Source: Ramazzottius varieornatus (lineage: Eukaryota > Animalia > Tardigrada). From it: DNA of 64,000 nt. The notes beneath the pieces were generated by a model. That model was not told the DNA's origin. It did no database searches and saw only the letters and a list, made by a program, of their open reading frames with translations. The position numbers and the translations under genes are program-made. The stretch is from assembly GCA_001949185.1 (NCBI GenBank), contig BDGG01000009.1, positions 290,465 to 354,464 on the forward strand, read 5' to 3'. Positions 35,077-47,704 of this stretch are shown here, in pieces. The stretch's first letter is position 1. Each line of letters opens with the position of its first letter.

Positions 35077-36493
35077 TCACAAATGGACCGGCATTCCTCC
35101 GGTGAGAAGGAGAGTTTCCCCCGTCATGTAAGAAGAGGCATCGGATGCCAGGAAAGACACAGCGCCAGCAATCTCGTCGGTTTCTCCGAACCTTGAAAAG
35201 GACAGTAGTAAGTGCGCCAGAGTGGAAAGTACCGGTCTTGTGAGCAAGTCCGACATACCGTCTCATTGGGATGATGTCCTTGGCGGCCTTCGAGATGGGT
35301 CCTTCGTCTTTCCAAAGCTGAGGAAGAATAAAGCATACTTAGTGATGAATTTGATAGGATCGATGGGGTATTGTGTTGTCTTACAAATTCGCTAAATTTC
35401 GTCTTGATAATTCCGGGTGCCACGCCGTTGACGCGGATATTCTTCTCGGCCAGCTCGGAAGCCATCACTTTGGTCAAGCCCAACAAGGCCGTCTTGCTAA
35501 CACAGTACGCACCAATCATCTGCAAAAGTAACAGTATGTATCGAGAGGAACATTGAGCGAATTATGGTCATTCAGCTCAAGGAACTGTACTCACTACTCA
35601 CCTGCATAGGATAGTAGGCTCCCACCGACGAAATTATAATCACAGAACCTTTACCCCGTTTCTCGATTTCAGGAACTACCAACTTGCATAGAAGAAACGT
35701 TGCTTTGACGTTCGTTTCGAATATCTGTGGATAGAGAGAAGACCAGTCCTGACTTGCCCTGCAGCAAAGATGCGAATAGCCGATTTACAGTAACCATCAT
35801 TCACTGACGCATAACATCATGGTGCCAGACACAACATCAAGCTTAAAGGCGTCAAAGGATGACGATGTTAGCGACAGGAAGTGATAATTTCGGATATTAT
35901 ACCCATGGTTGGCCAAGCGGCTAAAAGGCAAACCATCGTACCAGTACCGACTGGATGATAAGTGGACCTATCGGCCTGCCATAACCCACGTTCCCCAGTT
36001 AGGTTTTACATACTGTAGTATCAAAAGTTGGACGTACTCTGTTCCAAACTTCTTCCGATGTCTGCAACAAGGAATCATTCTGTACGGCTTCTGAGCGCGA
36101 AATGTACATGCAAGGAAGCAGTTACGTCGAGGAGAGGTCCGACCGCGGGATTGACAGCAGCATTCGAGACGAATATATCGATTCCTCCAAAGCATTTGAC
36201 GGTTTCTTCCACTAGTCGTCCCCGATCTGCTTCCTTCGAGACATGACAGATGGTTCCCATAACTTCAATGTTCTCACTCTCCAGCAGTGACACTGCTTTC
36301 TTGACGTTCTCCTGCCGACGACTACTGACCACCACTTTGGCCCCGTCCAGACCCAATCTCCGCGCCGTCGCTAAACCAATCCTGCAACAGGTGAGTGAAT
36401 GAACATCTTACAATGTGCTCCTACGAACAGTACTTGCCCCTCCGTAGATGCCGTTATCACCGCCACCTTCCCACTCAGAGCTTTCAATGCCAT
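35077..36493 (-). CDS. DHRS4: Dehydrogenase/reductase SDR family member 4-like
   Basis: [91 protein letters not shown]. Confidence 0.9.
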
Positions 36494-37540
36494 ACTTGAG
36501 CTTTCCCAACGCAGTTCGGGTTCCAAGAGGAGGAAGCCTGTCACGGAACTTACGAAGTGATTGCTGAATCAGCTGTTTCATACTGAATCCAAAGTCCACA
36601 TTATACTGTAACGCATGACATGACCTTACTCCTCCGACTAACTCGGGGCCAGTAAGTAATGTCAGGTCATGTCATGTCAATTATGTGTTCGATACGGTAT
36701 ATAAGAAGTTTGTTGTTTGCTGCGGTTCCTGGTCCTTGCTGTCCGAAATTCGGACGTGATACTTTTTTTAGCAAACTGTCCAAGCAGCCATCGCAAACAA
36801 TTTCTACGACCTTGAACAGTACAACCGTTTGAGGAACTACTCGTACCGTTGATAGTTTTTTTTATATAAATTTACAGAATGGTAACGTTGGCTCGATCGA
36901 CTTAGATCACACTTCACTAAAGATCTCTAAAACCCAAACACGGCAAGGAAGTCGGTTGACTTTGATTTAAATGGGGTGGCTCTAGTGTGGACGAAATCGT
37001 CCAGATCGAACTCTTTTCCGGAACAACGAACCATAAGTGATTTGATGCAAACAACCATTCAATTAACGTCCGCAGGCTTGTGTATGCATGTAAGAGTATT
37101 CGACGGAAGATTTGCACGCTCGTGGTATTTATTTTCGAAAAGAATGACATTCGAAAAGTCAAAAGAAATGGAAAGTAGAACGGACGTTCATTCTGAGTCA
37201 AAAGGTGTCGCCAGTGCTTTTGTGCTCTCCTTGCCTCACCACTTTTCGTTCTTCTGGTCGTTGTTGCGTCTTCACATCTATCTCTCTTGTGGCGTACCAG
37301 TGGTTGGTAGTTGGCGCCAATTAGCAAACTCTTTTCCACGCTGAAAGTTTTGTGGACCACCAGAATGTAACGGCCAGTCGAATTTCTCTGCTTTAACTCT
37401 CCGTCGAGGTCCCCTGTTCGACGTGCGCACGCTAGCCCTTGACTCAACCGAAATCCCAGATTTCACTGACCATCACTAACCACGACTTCCCTGTTGGTTA
37501 TGATGGAGCAGTCCTTATTCACATATTGCCGGGTCAAATC

Positions 37541-40013
37541 ATGGATGTTATGTGGATTAATATGCTTTTGTTTGTTTGCTTGTTCTTCTGCAAATCTTGT
37601 GAAGCTCGGTCAGTGAAATTTTATTCTTGAAATATTTGTGAGGCCGGCTGACCAAACGTACAATATTTCTATTCTAAGTGGGGCACGCTTTCAGCCAATA
37701 ACCACGGGAACGTGCGCAGCTTGGGAAATCGGTCCCGTACATTTCGTTTGCCGACCTGCCAAAGTCGCCCCCCGTATCCTATCTATCCCACCTATCCACG
37801 TGATACACATGCTTGCTTATTGCAGTGTCGAAATGCACGACAAATTCGGGGATCGGGCGGTGCGCGGCGCTAACGTCGAGCTGCATGGATATGGGCGGGT
37901 CCGTCGCGGAGGAGATCCGGCTTAAAGACGGTTCGAAAGCCCTGGATTCGTGTTCGGATGAGGAAGTATGCTGTGTACTTTACTCTTCTCCCTACCGGGA
38001 CACCTGTACCAGTTGTGGGCGGAAAGGCAACGAGGCTCGGGTGCGTAGCTCTAACCTGGAGCGACGCATGGACGTGGTGCCTACAGTCCATTTGAGCAAA
38101 CTGCGTGTCCTGCGTGACGTCCAGCAGGACGCTGCGCCCTACCGACAAGAACGGATCCTCAATGGCAACGACGCAGACAAGAACGAATGGTGCTGGCAGG
38201 TTGGTCCAAGCTTTTCTTCTCAGTGAAATGAAAGCGGAATTAATTGTATTCTGTTTTCAAAAGGTGGCTTTGTTGAATACGGATGGTACCATCATTGGCA
38301 GCGGATCTTTACTTGATGGCCGTTATGTCGTTACTGCCGCCCATAAGGTTGCAGGGTGAGAATCAATGAATCAAACAGGTTGTATTTCAAGTGGCGCACG
38401 CGTTTAGCCAACAAGAATGGACAGGTGTGCCGCTTGAGATACCATAACAATCTTATGCGTTCCGTTTGCCGACCTTCCATGTTGACTTACCGTAAATGGA
38501 CCCTAAATATCTTGACCATATTTTTCAGGAAGAATTCTAGCAGTCTAGTGGTGCTTGTAGGGCAACATGACTTTTCTACACCAATCACGGCGGAGGCCAA
38601 CAATACCATCTGGTATGGGAAGCCCGAAGAGATCATCATACACGACAAGTATAATCCCGAGGTACACTGCCTGGTCTTTTTGGAAGCTTTCACAAATTCC
38701 AGTTGAGTGATTAGTTAAGTTAGCATGGGGTTTTCGTGCAGACATTGGACCACAACATCGCTTTGATTCGCATCCCGCCTATCGCTTGCAGCGCCGCCAA
38801 CGTTTGTCCGTTGTGCCTAAATGACATGAGCTATAACACGGACTTTATGGTGTCACTGTCCAACTGCTACATTACCGGGTGGGGCGCTACTGTTAGTCGG
38901 GAAGCATCACCGGTCCTCCAAGAAGCCCGTGTCCGCATACTAAGGTACCTTCTATCTTCGATTGTGAATGTACGAGGTACAGGACGTAATTCGGGCATAG
39001 CGATTCCGCATCACAATTCGGGAAATGAGAAAAGTTTAAGCACCGTGATCAACGCTTGATTAATATCTCATCGTACGTCTGTTGATACAACTTTGAGCTC
39101 TATAACATTGGACAAACCCATGTGTCTCCCACGACAGATTGATCTGACCTACAGCATTTTACCGTTCCCAAACCTGTTTAGACCTTGAGAAGAGAGGCCG
39201 ATGTACCTCATGAGACAGAAACTTGTGATTACGTGCAACAGGAAATGAGGAGCAATATGTCCGAATTATGTCTTGTACTTCGTATGGAAGGTTTGCAAAG
39301 GAATTCACCCAGATCGTCCTCGCAAATGGCGCACATTCGTTGTCTTATTTGCTGACAACGTGCGCCACTCGACAAAAACTCGACGAGATCGTGCTCTCAA
39401 GTAGCGTACATTGTCACTGTTATTCACTGAGAGTGTGCGTCACTTGGAAGAACGAACTGGCGAAACGTATTTGTCGACGTCTTGGATGCTCGATCGTGAA
39501 AAACGAGTGGCTAAAATTTGACGATATATTTTTGTGATTTCTGCTAGTATGGAAGAATGCGTACGCAAGTTCGCGGCGGTGGGTTTGTTGGACGTTGTTC
39601 TGCCCCTATCGGCCTTCTGTGCCGAAGGCGTGTCGGACTGGTCCTACAACACGCCATACAGTGGTCCGCTACCCGTTATATCGACCTGCAGCGGGGATGG
39701 TGGTGGTCCCTTGGTTTGTGAGGGTGGAGATGGCAAGTGGCGTCTGATGGGTATGATCGCCATGGGCGTGGACGACTGCCAGCAGACGCGCATCTCCGCT
39801 CCGACCGTCTTCGTCAACGCCGGCATGTATAACGAGTGGACAGGGGATGTCAAGGCCAGACGAGGCACTACCAGCCAAACGGTCAAGATGACCAGGGGTA
39901 TCCCGCCGGCGAAAAACACAACGGCCCTTTCTCCTGTTATAACGCCGGCTTCGGAGGGCTCGACCGAAAGTGGCGATCCACCACGTGATGTATTTAATCG
40001 AGGACGAAGATGA
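37541..40013 (+). CDS. CLIP-domain serine protease homolog (masquerade-like, catalytically inactive)
   Basis: Signal peptide, clip-like 6-Cys domain, RILNG..EWCWQVALLN, TAAH, DHNIALI (Asp>Asn), GDGGGP (Ser>Gly). Confidence 0.82.
37643..37753. repeat. Palindromic element copy 18 (protease homolog intron 1)
   Basis: aagtggggcacgctttcagccaataac..gtgcgcagcttggg..cgtttgccgac. Confidence 0.8.
38360..38473. repeat. Palindromic element copy 19 (protease homolog intron)
   Basis: tcaagtggcgcac..gtgtgccgcttga..cgtttgccgac. Confidence 0.85.
39292..39478. repeat. Palindromic element copy 20, double core (protease homolog intron)
   Basis: aatggcgca-N27-tgcgccact..caagtagcgtac..gtgcgtcacttg..tttgtcgac. 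Confidence 0.85.
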
Positions 40014-40766
40014 AGGTATCTCTGAGTACCAGGATTCAACATCCTCTCCTGTAGTTGCTCAACTGAAATTGGTTGTTGTTACCACATGCTGGACATGTTG
40101 TATGACTGATCTGTTTATTCATACCATTTTGGCCTTTTTCTTTCAGAAATAATATTTCTCATTGCCCACTTTACGAATGATTGCGAAGGAATTCGACTTG
40201 TTACGACTACTGATAGGCGCTTTCCGGAAACTTTCCCAAGAGCTTTCTACTGTGGATGTATGACTCACGAGTGGTTATGGTTTCGTTTCTTACGTAACGT
40301 GGCTTCAGTCTTTGACGGACCAAGCTTTAATGGATTTTGATATGCCATCGATCTGTTGACCGTCATGCAAATCAGGGTTAGTGGTTGATTTTAGCATATC
40401 ACTTCAATATCCATCGTCCATCCAGGGAAGACCAGCAACTACAGACCAGCGCGCAGCGGAAGGTCAAAGACATATACCCAACTGAGGAGCTAAGTGAAAG
40501 ATGATCGGAATTTTGCATGCAGAACGGTCTGGTTTTCAAACTCAAGACGTTTAGGTTTTTATACTGTAAATGTTTGTTCGAACGTGATCCTCGTCGTCAA
40601 CTTTGTCCGTCGTCCCTCCCTCTTCTCTCTTTATCAGGGCACTCAGTCAGCACAAATCATTAAAACACTAGCCCAAGACGATGAACCAAACTTAGGGCTG
40701 TATTCTCCAGTGATGATTTCTCTCTTATTCAATTTTCATAATCGCTATTTTCTCCCCGTCGACCTC

Positions 40767-43592
40767 ATGGCGCTTTCTCGTTCCATGAACAAACAACGTC
40801 CCAAGACCGCCGTTTATCACCATCGACCAGTTGTGGACTTACCTGCAAATTCCAGCGAGCTCCGCGATGACGTCATCGATGCCGAACTGGGCAAAGTTCT
40901 CCATCGGAAAAGTATCAGTTTCGAAGCTGACAGCTTCCATTCGCCCATCACGCCACCCTCAACTCCGCAATACTCAGACCCTTTCGAAGTAGTCCGTATC
41001 AACGTTTCCGGCAAACGATTCGAGACTTTGGCGGGAACTCTGACGCGCTTCCCCAACTCTCTGCTCGGCGACCCTTCTCGCCGCCAACGCTACTTCAACC
41101 CAGCTCGGAATGAATACTTCCTTGATCGCAATCGCTTCTGCTTCGACACAATATTAGAAATGTATCAGACTGGTCAAGGACTGTGTCGACCTTCAATGGT
41201 TCCTCTCCAAACCTTCGTTCGGGAGTTATGTTTTTATGATTTGGGTGAAGACGTCTTGCAGACCTTCTTGGATGGTGAAGGGATGTTGCGAGAACAGGTT
41301 GTCGCACCTAAGCAGAAATTCCAGAAATTTATCTGGTCCATGTTCGAGGCTTCCGATGGCTCGATATTCCCCAAAGCCATTGCCGGTCTGAACGTCGTCA
41401 TGGTCCTTCTCGCCATCATCAACTTCTGTGTGCAAACCTTGCCGGAATTCCAACCGAGAGATTTGGTGGTGAACGGCACCATGGTGGATAATTTGGCCAT
41501 GCGAGGAGAAAGGAATTCGGGGAACCCGTTTTTCGTTATCGAGACGATCTGTACAACTTGGTTTACGTTGGATTTGGTGGTTCGCTTTGCCGTTAGCCCT
41601 ATCAAGAAAGCGTTCTGTCTTCACTTGATGAATGTGATTGATGTCCTGTCCATATTACCGTATTTTGTCGACTTGACACTGTCAATCACCGACGCCGATA
41701 ATGTATCGGCTACTCCGACCAAAATCCTTTTCTTGACCACGCTGAGAATTCTTCGTGTCATCAAAATCTTCCGAGTCTTCAAACTGGTACGTACAAAAAT
41801 CTACAGCCTGAGGGGGCCAAGTGACTACCACTTGCATAAAGCGCTTTAATGCATAAAGCGCTTTAAAAAATTCAGTTTATGTATTTTTCGCCCAGTCCTT
41901 CACACTTTTCATACAGCTTTTCAAGCAGTTTCCAATGGAATGCGGTACACTCACGTCGGCTGAGAAATAGTTTGGAAAAGCTGGCCAGAATGACTTCCGG
42001 TGGGGAAGTCCTCTCCCCCTGACCGAAACGTCATTTCTAAAATTCTGCGTTCCACTACCAAACCCCAATTCGATTTCAGCATACCTAAAGATATCCAGAC
42101 TGTTATCAAAAATCAGAGAACACCACAGAAGCGCTAGGCTGAATTGAAAAATGAATTAACACTGTCGACCTTGACCATTCTGCCGGGAAAACTGCTTTTG
42201 CTGTAAAAATCATAGCTCTTGTCCTGAGCGGCAAATCCATACTATTGACCACTTCTTCTGTAGCCCTATTGTTGTTCTAATCACATTAAACAAATTTACC
42301 GCACGACCTGAACGCAAAAAAAAAATTTTGGAAGACGGCCCGGTTTCCAGGGCCGTCTTCCAAAATAGTGGATTTTTCTCTGCGGACGTTCACTGATTTT
42401 CTGTCGATTTTGACTTCCTCTGATCGGATTCCTGGCCTGTAAATTTCAAGCAGTAGTAAAGAGGGTGTTGAATCAAGGAGGATTAGTTTCGAAGTCCGGC
42501 AACAATTCGGTCAAGATCGCCCTAATTATATAGGTGGTAGTCACTTGGCCCCCTCAGGCTGTATTTTCCCTATGAGTTTCATGGTGGCTAAACGTAACGC
42601 ACAAGATCATCGGCTGAAATGGCGCACGTTTTCGAACTCTATCACTGTAAACATGTGCCGCTTGGAAAGACGATCTTGACGAGTTTGGTTGCTTTCCCAA
42701 GTGGCGCACGCTTTCGTTAGTATCAGCTGGAAGCGTGAGCCACTGGAAACTGACGATCTTGAACGTTTCGTTTGCCGGCCTGCCAAATTTCCCACCTCCA
42801 AGGAATAGTGTAATGGTATTAATTTTGGGCTTTCTGGTTCCAGGGTCGGTACTCCAATGGTCTCCAGATTTTGGGATTGACGATGAAGGCTGCGCGGTAC
42901 GAAGTAGGCTTGATGTTGGTGGTGGTCGGAATCGGCGTTATCGTTTTCAGCGCAGCAGTATATTATGCTGAACTGGGTTCCGGTTCCGACTTTGAGAGCA
43001 TACCAGCAGGCTTCTGGTGGGCCATTATCACATGGACCACTGTCGGTTACGGCGATATCGTGCCTAAGTCTATTATCGGAAAGATCGTGGGAGCGTTTTG
43101 TGCCTTATGTGGTATACTGGGGCTATCCTTCATGGTGCCGGTCATCGTTGCGCATTTTGAGCATTTCTTTTACCGTAAGTTGGTCCGTTCTCACTTCGCA
43201 AATAAATTTTGGTTGTTTGATCCCTTGAAACTTTGCTGAAGAAAACCCTTCAATCCAAACCTTCTGGCTTGATTAATACAGGCAGAAGATATTTCGCCAA
43301 ATACGATTCTGCTGACTCACGCAAGGTCATCCACTAAAATGTTGACCATCTGTCTTTTTCAGGAGCTCAAGATCTGGAAAAGTTGGACGAAGTTTTCGAA
43401 GACCTGCGACAGCAGCGGATGTACCCACGCCTTGCAAAGCGGCTAAGCACACAGAGCAGTCATAGTCATGGAGAGCTGACCTTTTCGTCGTCTTCGTGCA
43501 ACGGCGAGATCGGCCACTCGTCAAGGACTCCGCTGCCAGGCAAGCGGAGATCGGAAACGCTTGTAAATATTAACGAGCTGGCCGAACACTGA
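40767..43592 (+). CDS. Shaker-family voltage-gated K+ channel subunit A (divergent)
   Basis: T1 INVSGKRFET..EYFLDRNR, S4 LRILRVIKIFRVFKLGRYS, pore FWWAIITWTTVGYGD, S6 LSFMVPVIVAHF. Confidence 0.88.
41804..42561. mobile_element. Non-autonomous TIR transposon (TA TSD) in Kv-A intron
   Basis: Perfect 28-bp TIR cagcctgagggggccaagtgactaccac / gtggtagtcacttggccccctcaggctg, flanked by TA. Confidence 0.92.
42585..42779. repeat. Palindromic element copy 21, double core (Kv-A intron)
   Basis: aaatggcgcac..tgtgccgcttg..caagtggcgcac..gtgagccactgg..cgtttgccgg. Confidence 0.88.
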
Positions 43593-44063
43593 CTCATGCA
43601 CAGCCAATTTCCGTGTTATGTCAAGCCTCCATTTGTTTTTCCAAACGATTCATTGTTTATTTACTAGCCGCCGATGCTTTAAGTAGGCGCCGTAAGATGG
43701 GTGACTTCTCGGCGAGTGATCGCTGTGACGTGATAGGTATAACTTGGACGAGGCTAACCTTGAGCAGCTATAAATACCTCCCAAAAATTCGCTGACCACA
43801 TAGCAAAAAGCTCGAATCCAAAATTAGCACCGGTCGATCATGCTGTAAATCAAACACGTCCCATAAAACTCACCTCTTTTCAGAATAAGCGTATAGGATT
43901 TCACACTGCCGGCTCAAGTTCACCGGAAAATCGTTCGCCGTTTACCGTCTGTTTATGGCTTTCTTAGAAAAGTTTATTTGCGTTGGTTTCAGGTATCTGT
44001 TTGTTGACTGTAATACTGTTTTACTGTGCCAGTTCAGAACTTAAACTCGTATCGCGCATAGCG

Positions 44064-45973
44064 ATGTTCAAAGTACAACTGCAACAACGCATCTACAATC
44101 CTAACCGGCGAACCAGCGAGGCTGGTCCACGGAAGCCTTTTCAAGTTCGCAAAGTGGTGTGTCCCTCGAAGCCGCCTTCCAAAAACTCGACTGAAGACAG
44201 TGAATACCCGGTCGAGAGTCCTGTCACCATAAACGTCAGCGGTCAGCGCTTCGAGACTCGTATTAGCACGTTAGAACGCTTCCCCGACTCCCTTCTGGGC
44301 AACGCCGACCGGCGAGCCAAGTATTACGACCAGGTCAGGAACGAGTACTTCTTTGAGCGTAACCGGCGTTACTTTTCGGCCATTCTGGAGTTTTATCAGA
44401 GTAACGGCATCATGCGCCGACCGGAAAACGTCATGGTTCACCATCTAGTGTCGGAGATACTGTTCTTCGGTTTGGGGCAGGACGTATTGGAGAGATTTTT
44501 GCATGATGAGGACATGCTCTTCTTAAAGAAACCTGTCCCGAAAAATCCGCTACAGCGACAGTTATGGGACATGTTCGAGTACCCGGCCAGTTCCAGATGG
44601 GCGAAAATGGTGGCTGCAGTCAATGTCGTCCTTGTTATTATGGCTGTTATCAACACCTGTGTCCAGACTTTGCCCGAGTATCGTGAATCTGATCCGTTAC
44701 AATGCAGTCCCAATAATCGTAGTTCGGAGTACGCAATCGAAGGAGTTACGTCGGAAGGGATGACTGGGTTTTTTGCCGTTGAAATCCTTTGCAACAGTTG
44801 GTTTCTTGTGGACTTGGTGATCCGTCTCACGGCCACGCCCACCCGCCGCACCTTCTTCTGCCAAATCATGAACATCATCGACGTACTATCTATTGTTCCT
44901 TTCGTCTTCGATCTTGGACTGTACTTGAGTGGAACCGTGTAAGGCAGCTACACTTGCCACTCCAGATTTTTTTTCGAATCGTGGAGAGTTGTCTAGCTCC
45001 CCGTAAAATTAAATTTCTGGCATTTTTCTACGGAAAACGTGCCTTCCCAGGTCCTGCCTAGCGAAACCACGACAGTTAGTTTCGAGAAAGGGCAAAACCG
45101 ACTCAAAGTTCGAAATGGGAGCTGGGCAGGCGACTCGACCAATTCCTTGGCCAAGTGGCGCACGCTCACAGCTGGTATCAGCGAAAACATGCGCGACTTG
45201 AGATAACGATCTGCATGTGTATGTTTGCCGAGTTGCTCAATACTTCCCCACGATTTCGGATAACTGTCATTTGTTCATCCACGGACGTCTGTTTTAGGGA
45301 AGATCCAGACGCTCCTGCTGGTGGGCTGGTTTTGCTCGTTGTCTTGCGGCTCTTTCGTATTTTACGAATCTTCCGTATCCTGAAACTCAGTCGCTATTCT
45401 GATGGGTTGGAAATTTTATGGCTAACCCTGAAATCTGCTCGGCAGGAGTTAACCGTCATGTTTCTTTTGGTGTCCATTGGACTGACGGTGTTCAGCGGCG
45501 CCATCTACGCCGCTGAATTCGGTCATCCAAAGAGTGACTTCCACAGCATCCCTGATTCATTTTGGTGGACCATCATCACCGGCACATCAGTGGGATACGG
45601 CGACATGATACCCAAACGACCTATTGGCAAACTGATTGGTGCCGTGTGCTCGGTTTCCGGTGTGATATGCTTGGCCTTTTTCGTTCCCATCGTCGTAGCG
45701 CATTTCGAATACTACTTCCACCGTAAGACAGCTTACTTTCTCCTGCTCGATCGAAAGCAGCCAAGTTTCAATACTAATTTTAGCCTTGTTTGGGTATTTT
45801 CAGATGGTAAAGAATTGAAAAGACTGCAAGATGTTCTTGACCAATATAACAACCAGCAAACGGACCATCCGTCAGAATGGAAGCCGTACTTGGTCGTGGA
45901 CGAGGGCGTACCGAACCCGAAAGTTACTTTCGCACCTGCAGTCGACCTAGAAACTGGGGAAAAGCTGCACTAA
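44064..45973 (+). CDS. Shaker-family voltage-gated K+ channel subunit B (divergent tandem paralog)
   Basis: T1 INVSGQRFET..EYFFERNR, S4 LRLFRILRIFRILKLSRYS, pore FWWTIITGTSVGYGD, S6 LAFFVPIVVAHF. Confidence 0.88.
45123..45232. repeat. Palindromic element copy 22 (Kv-B intron)
   Basis: caagtggcgca-N27-tgcgcgacttg..cgatct..gtttgccgag. Confidence 0.88.
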
Positions 45974-47053
45974 GTACACGCGGCTGGCCTAATTATTGGC
46001 CTGGACAAAACTTCTAGCCGGACGGGCTGGCGACAGTCTAACGCAAAGATTGTTTGTCATAGCAGAAACTAGCCCTGTGACGTCAGCGAGTAACATTTCG
46101 CAGTGCAATATGCGGAATACAGTGTCATTCTGGATTTCGTTTCTTATCTCGTACTTCTTTTCCCATCTTGAGGAAGGTTAGCCTGGAATATGCCGGAAGG
46201 TCTTAAGAGCAAGAGAGCGAAAGAATACGTAGGATAGCCTGAAAAAGGAAGTTCCTGCGGTTGCCTTCATAAGGTGGCGGATTACGTAAGTAGAGGCCTT
46301 TCCGGCGAGAAAAGTCAAGTTTAACGTTGATTTACCATCAGAGCTGTATTTTCCTAGCAAATAACCATGCATATAGAAGGAACCAAATCTACGATGATTG
46401 AGAAGATCTCTGCAAACGTCTGGTTGTTCGTGTAGGTAAAACGGTAATGTGTGGTAAAACCAGTTCTGTTTCGGCCGCAAGCGAATACAGCTGGCGGAGC
46501 CGCGGATTCGGAAATCAGTGACCAGAAATTTTGACCAGGCCAAGAATTAGGCCAGCCGCGTGTACTTTACCTTTTGTTTACCCTGGATATACCAGAAGAC
46601 AACCGAGAGCGATGAAAACGCTACTTATACCTTTTACATCGTTGTACTCTACTCAAATAAGTTTATACTTCGGGGGCGAAGATGCTCAAGACCGGGTCGG
46701 TCTGGGTTTACGCAAAGATACAAAATAAAGCCGTAATAACCAACCCTGAAATCTACAGCGAAGCGTCTCCCTTCTAGAATGGTCGATGCGTCACTTTTAG
46801 TCTTACGTGTCTATGGAAGAGAGCAAACGCCATTTTGAATTTCGCTCAAGGAAAAAGAGCAAAATGATAACCATGCATGCATATTACGAAACTGCAGCAG
46901 ATACGGTAGTCAGATTTTGTCATTTCGAACAAATATCACGAGCTTTGATACTGTATCGATCATGATATCCAATAATTTTTCTCAGTAAAGAATGTGACAG
47001 TCGTTGAAGAGGAACAGAAAAAAGCTTCGGGTGGACGAACCTGTGTTGGACAT

Positions 47054-47163
47054 CGGCAAAGGAAGCCCCACAGATCGTTCTCTCGAGTGGCGCACGTTCC
47101 ATTGTTTTTGATCGAGCGCGTGCGCCACTTGGGATAGCGATCAGTGTGGATGCATTTGCAGAC
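47054..47163. repeat. Palindromic element copy 23 (just 3' of ALF-like ORF)
   Basis: tcggcaaa..gatcg..gagtggcgca-N26-tgcgccacttg..cgatc..tttgcaga. Confidence 0.88.
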
Positions 47164-47182
47164 GCCCCATCTGGTATACAGT

Positions 47183-47704
47183 TTAACAATTGGCATGTAG
47201 ATGTTCAATTACGTCGGCTTTGGCTTCTTGGCGAATTTCCCTGTGATTATTGATGGCTCTGATGAGCTGGACCTTATCTTTTCCGGCGCGGCACAAGGCC
47301 ACCACGTAGCCACGATAGGGTACCTCGAAAGCAGTGTTGTCTTTCCGTTTCAGGCAATCTGCACTGTCCCAGTTTCCCAGACCTTTGCACTCCAGTTGAC
47401 CGATAAAGCGATACTTGAGCAGGTAACAGAAGCGTCCAGTCAGGCGGTACTGACACTTGTGGCCGAAGACGTCCGTCCAGTCCGACTTCTTGTTGAAGGC
47501 AATACCCAAAAAGTCCTTTCCCAGTTTGACCATCTGCTTAGCGATGCCAATGTACAATGGAATATCGACCACGGCCAGCTTTCGGTTTCGTTCTATGGTG
47601 GATGTGGCCGTCAGAGGCTCTCCTAGAGCAGGCGGCTTGGACCGAACGCCGACCGAGACCGCCACCAGCAACAGCGCAACTTGAACGGGAAGCCGAACAG
47701 CCAT
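47183..47704 (-). CDS. Secreted cationic protein, anti-lipopolysaccharide factor (ALF)-like
   Basis: 173-aa intronless ORF with signal peptide. GHKCQYRLTGRFCYLLKYRFIGQLEC resembles the ALF LPS-binding hairpin. Confidence 0.55.
   Translation of the reverse strand: MAVRLPVQVALLLVAVSVGVRSKPPALGEPLTATSTIERNRKLAVVDIPLYIGIAKQMVKLGKDFLGIAFNKKSDWTDVFGHKCQYRLTGRFCYLLKYRFIGQLECKGLGNWDSADCLKRKDNTAFEVPYRGYVVALCRAGKDKVQLIRAINNHREIRQEAKADVIEHLHANC

Noticed and set aside
35200-35256. Half-like palindromic element in a small DHRS4 intron (gtgcgccagagtggaaa..)
   Set aside because: Only one degenerate half is visible, so it was not counted as a copy.
36917-37447. 176-aa minus-strand ORF between DHRS4 and the protease homolog
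   Set aside because: Non-ATG start, no recognisable motif, and it lies in the probable 5' region of the protease homolog.
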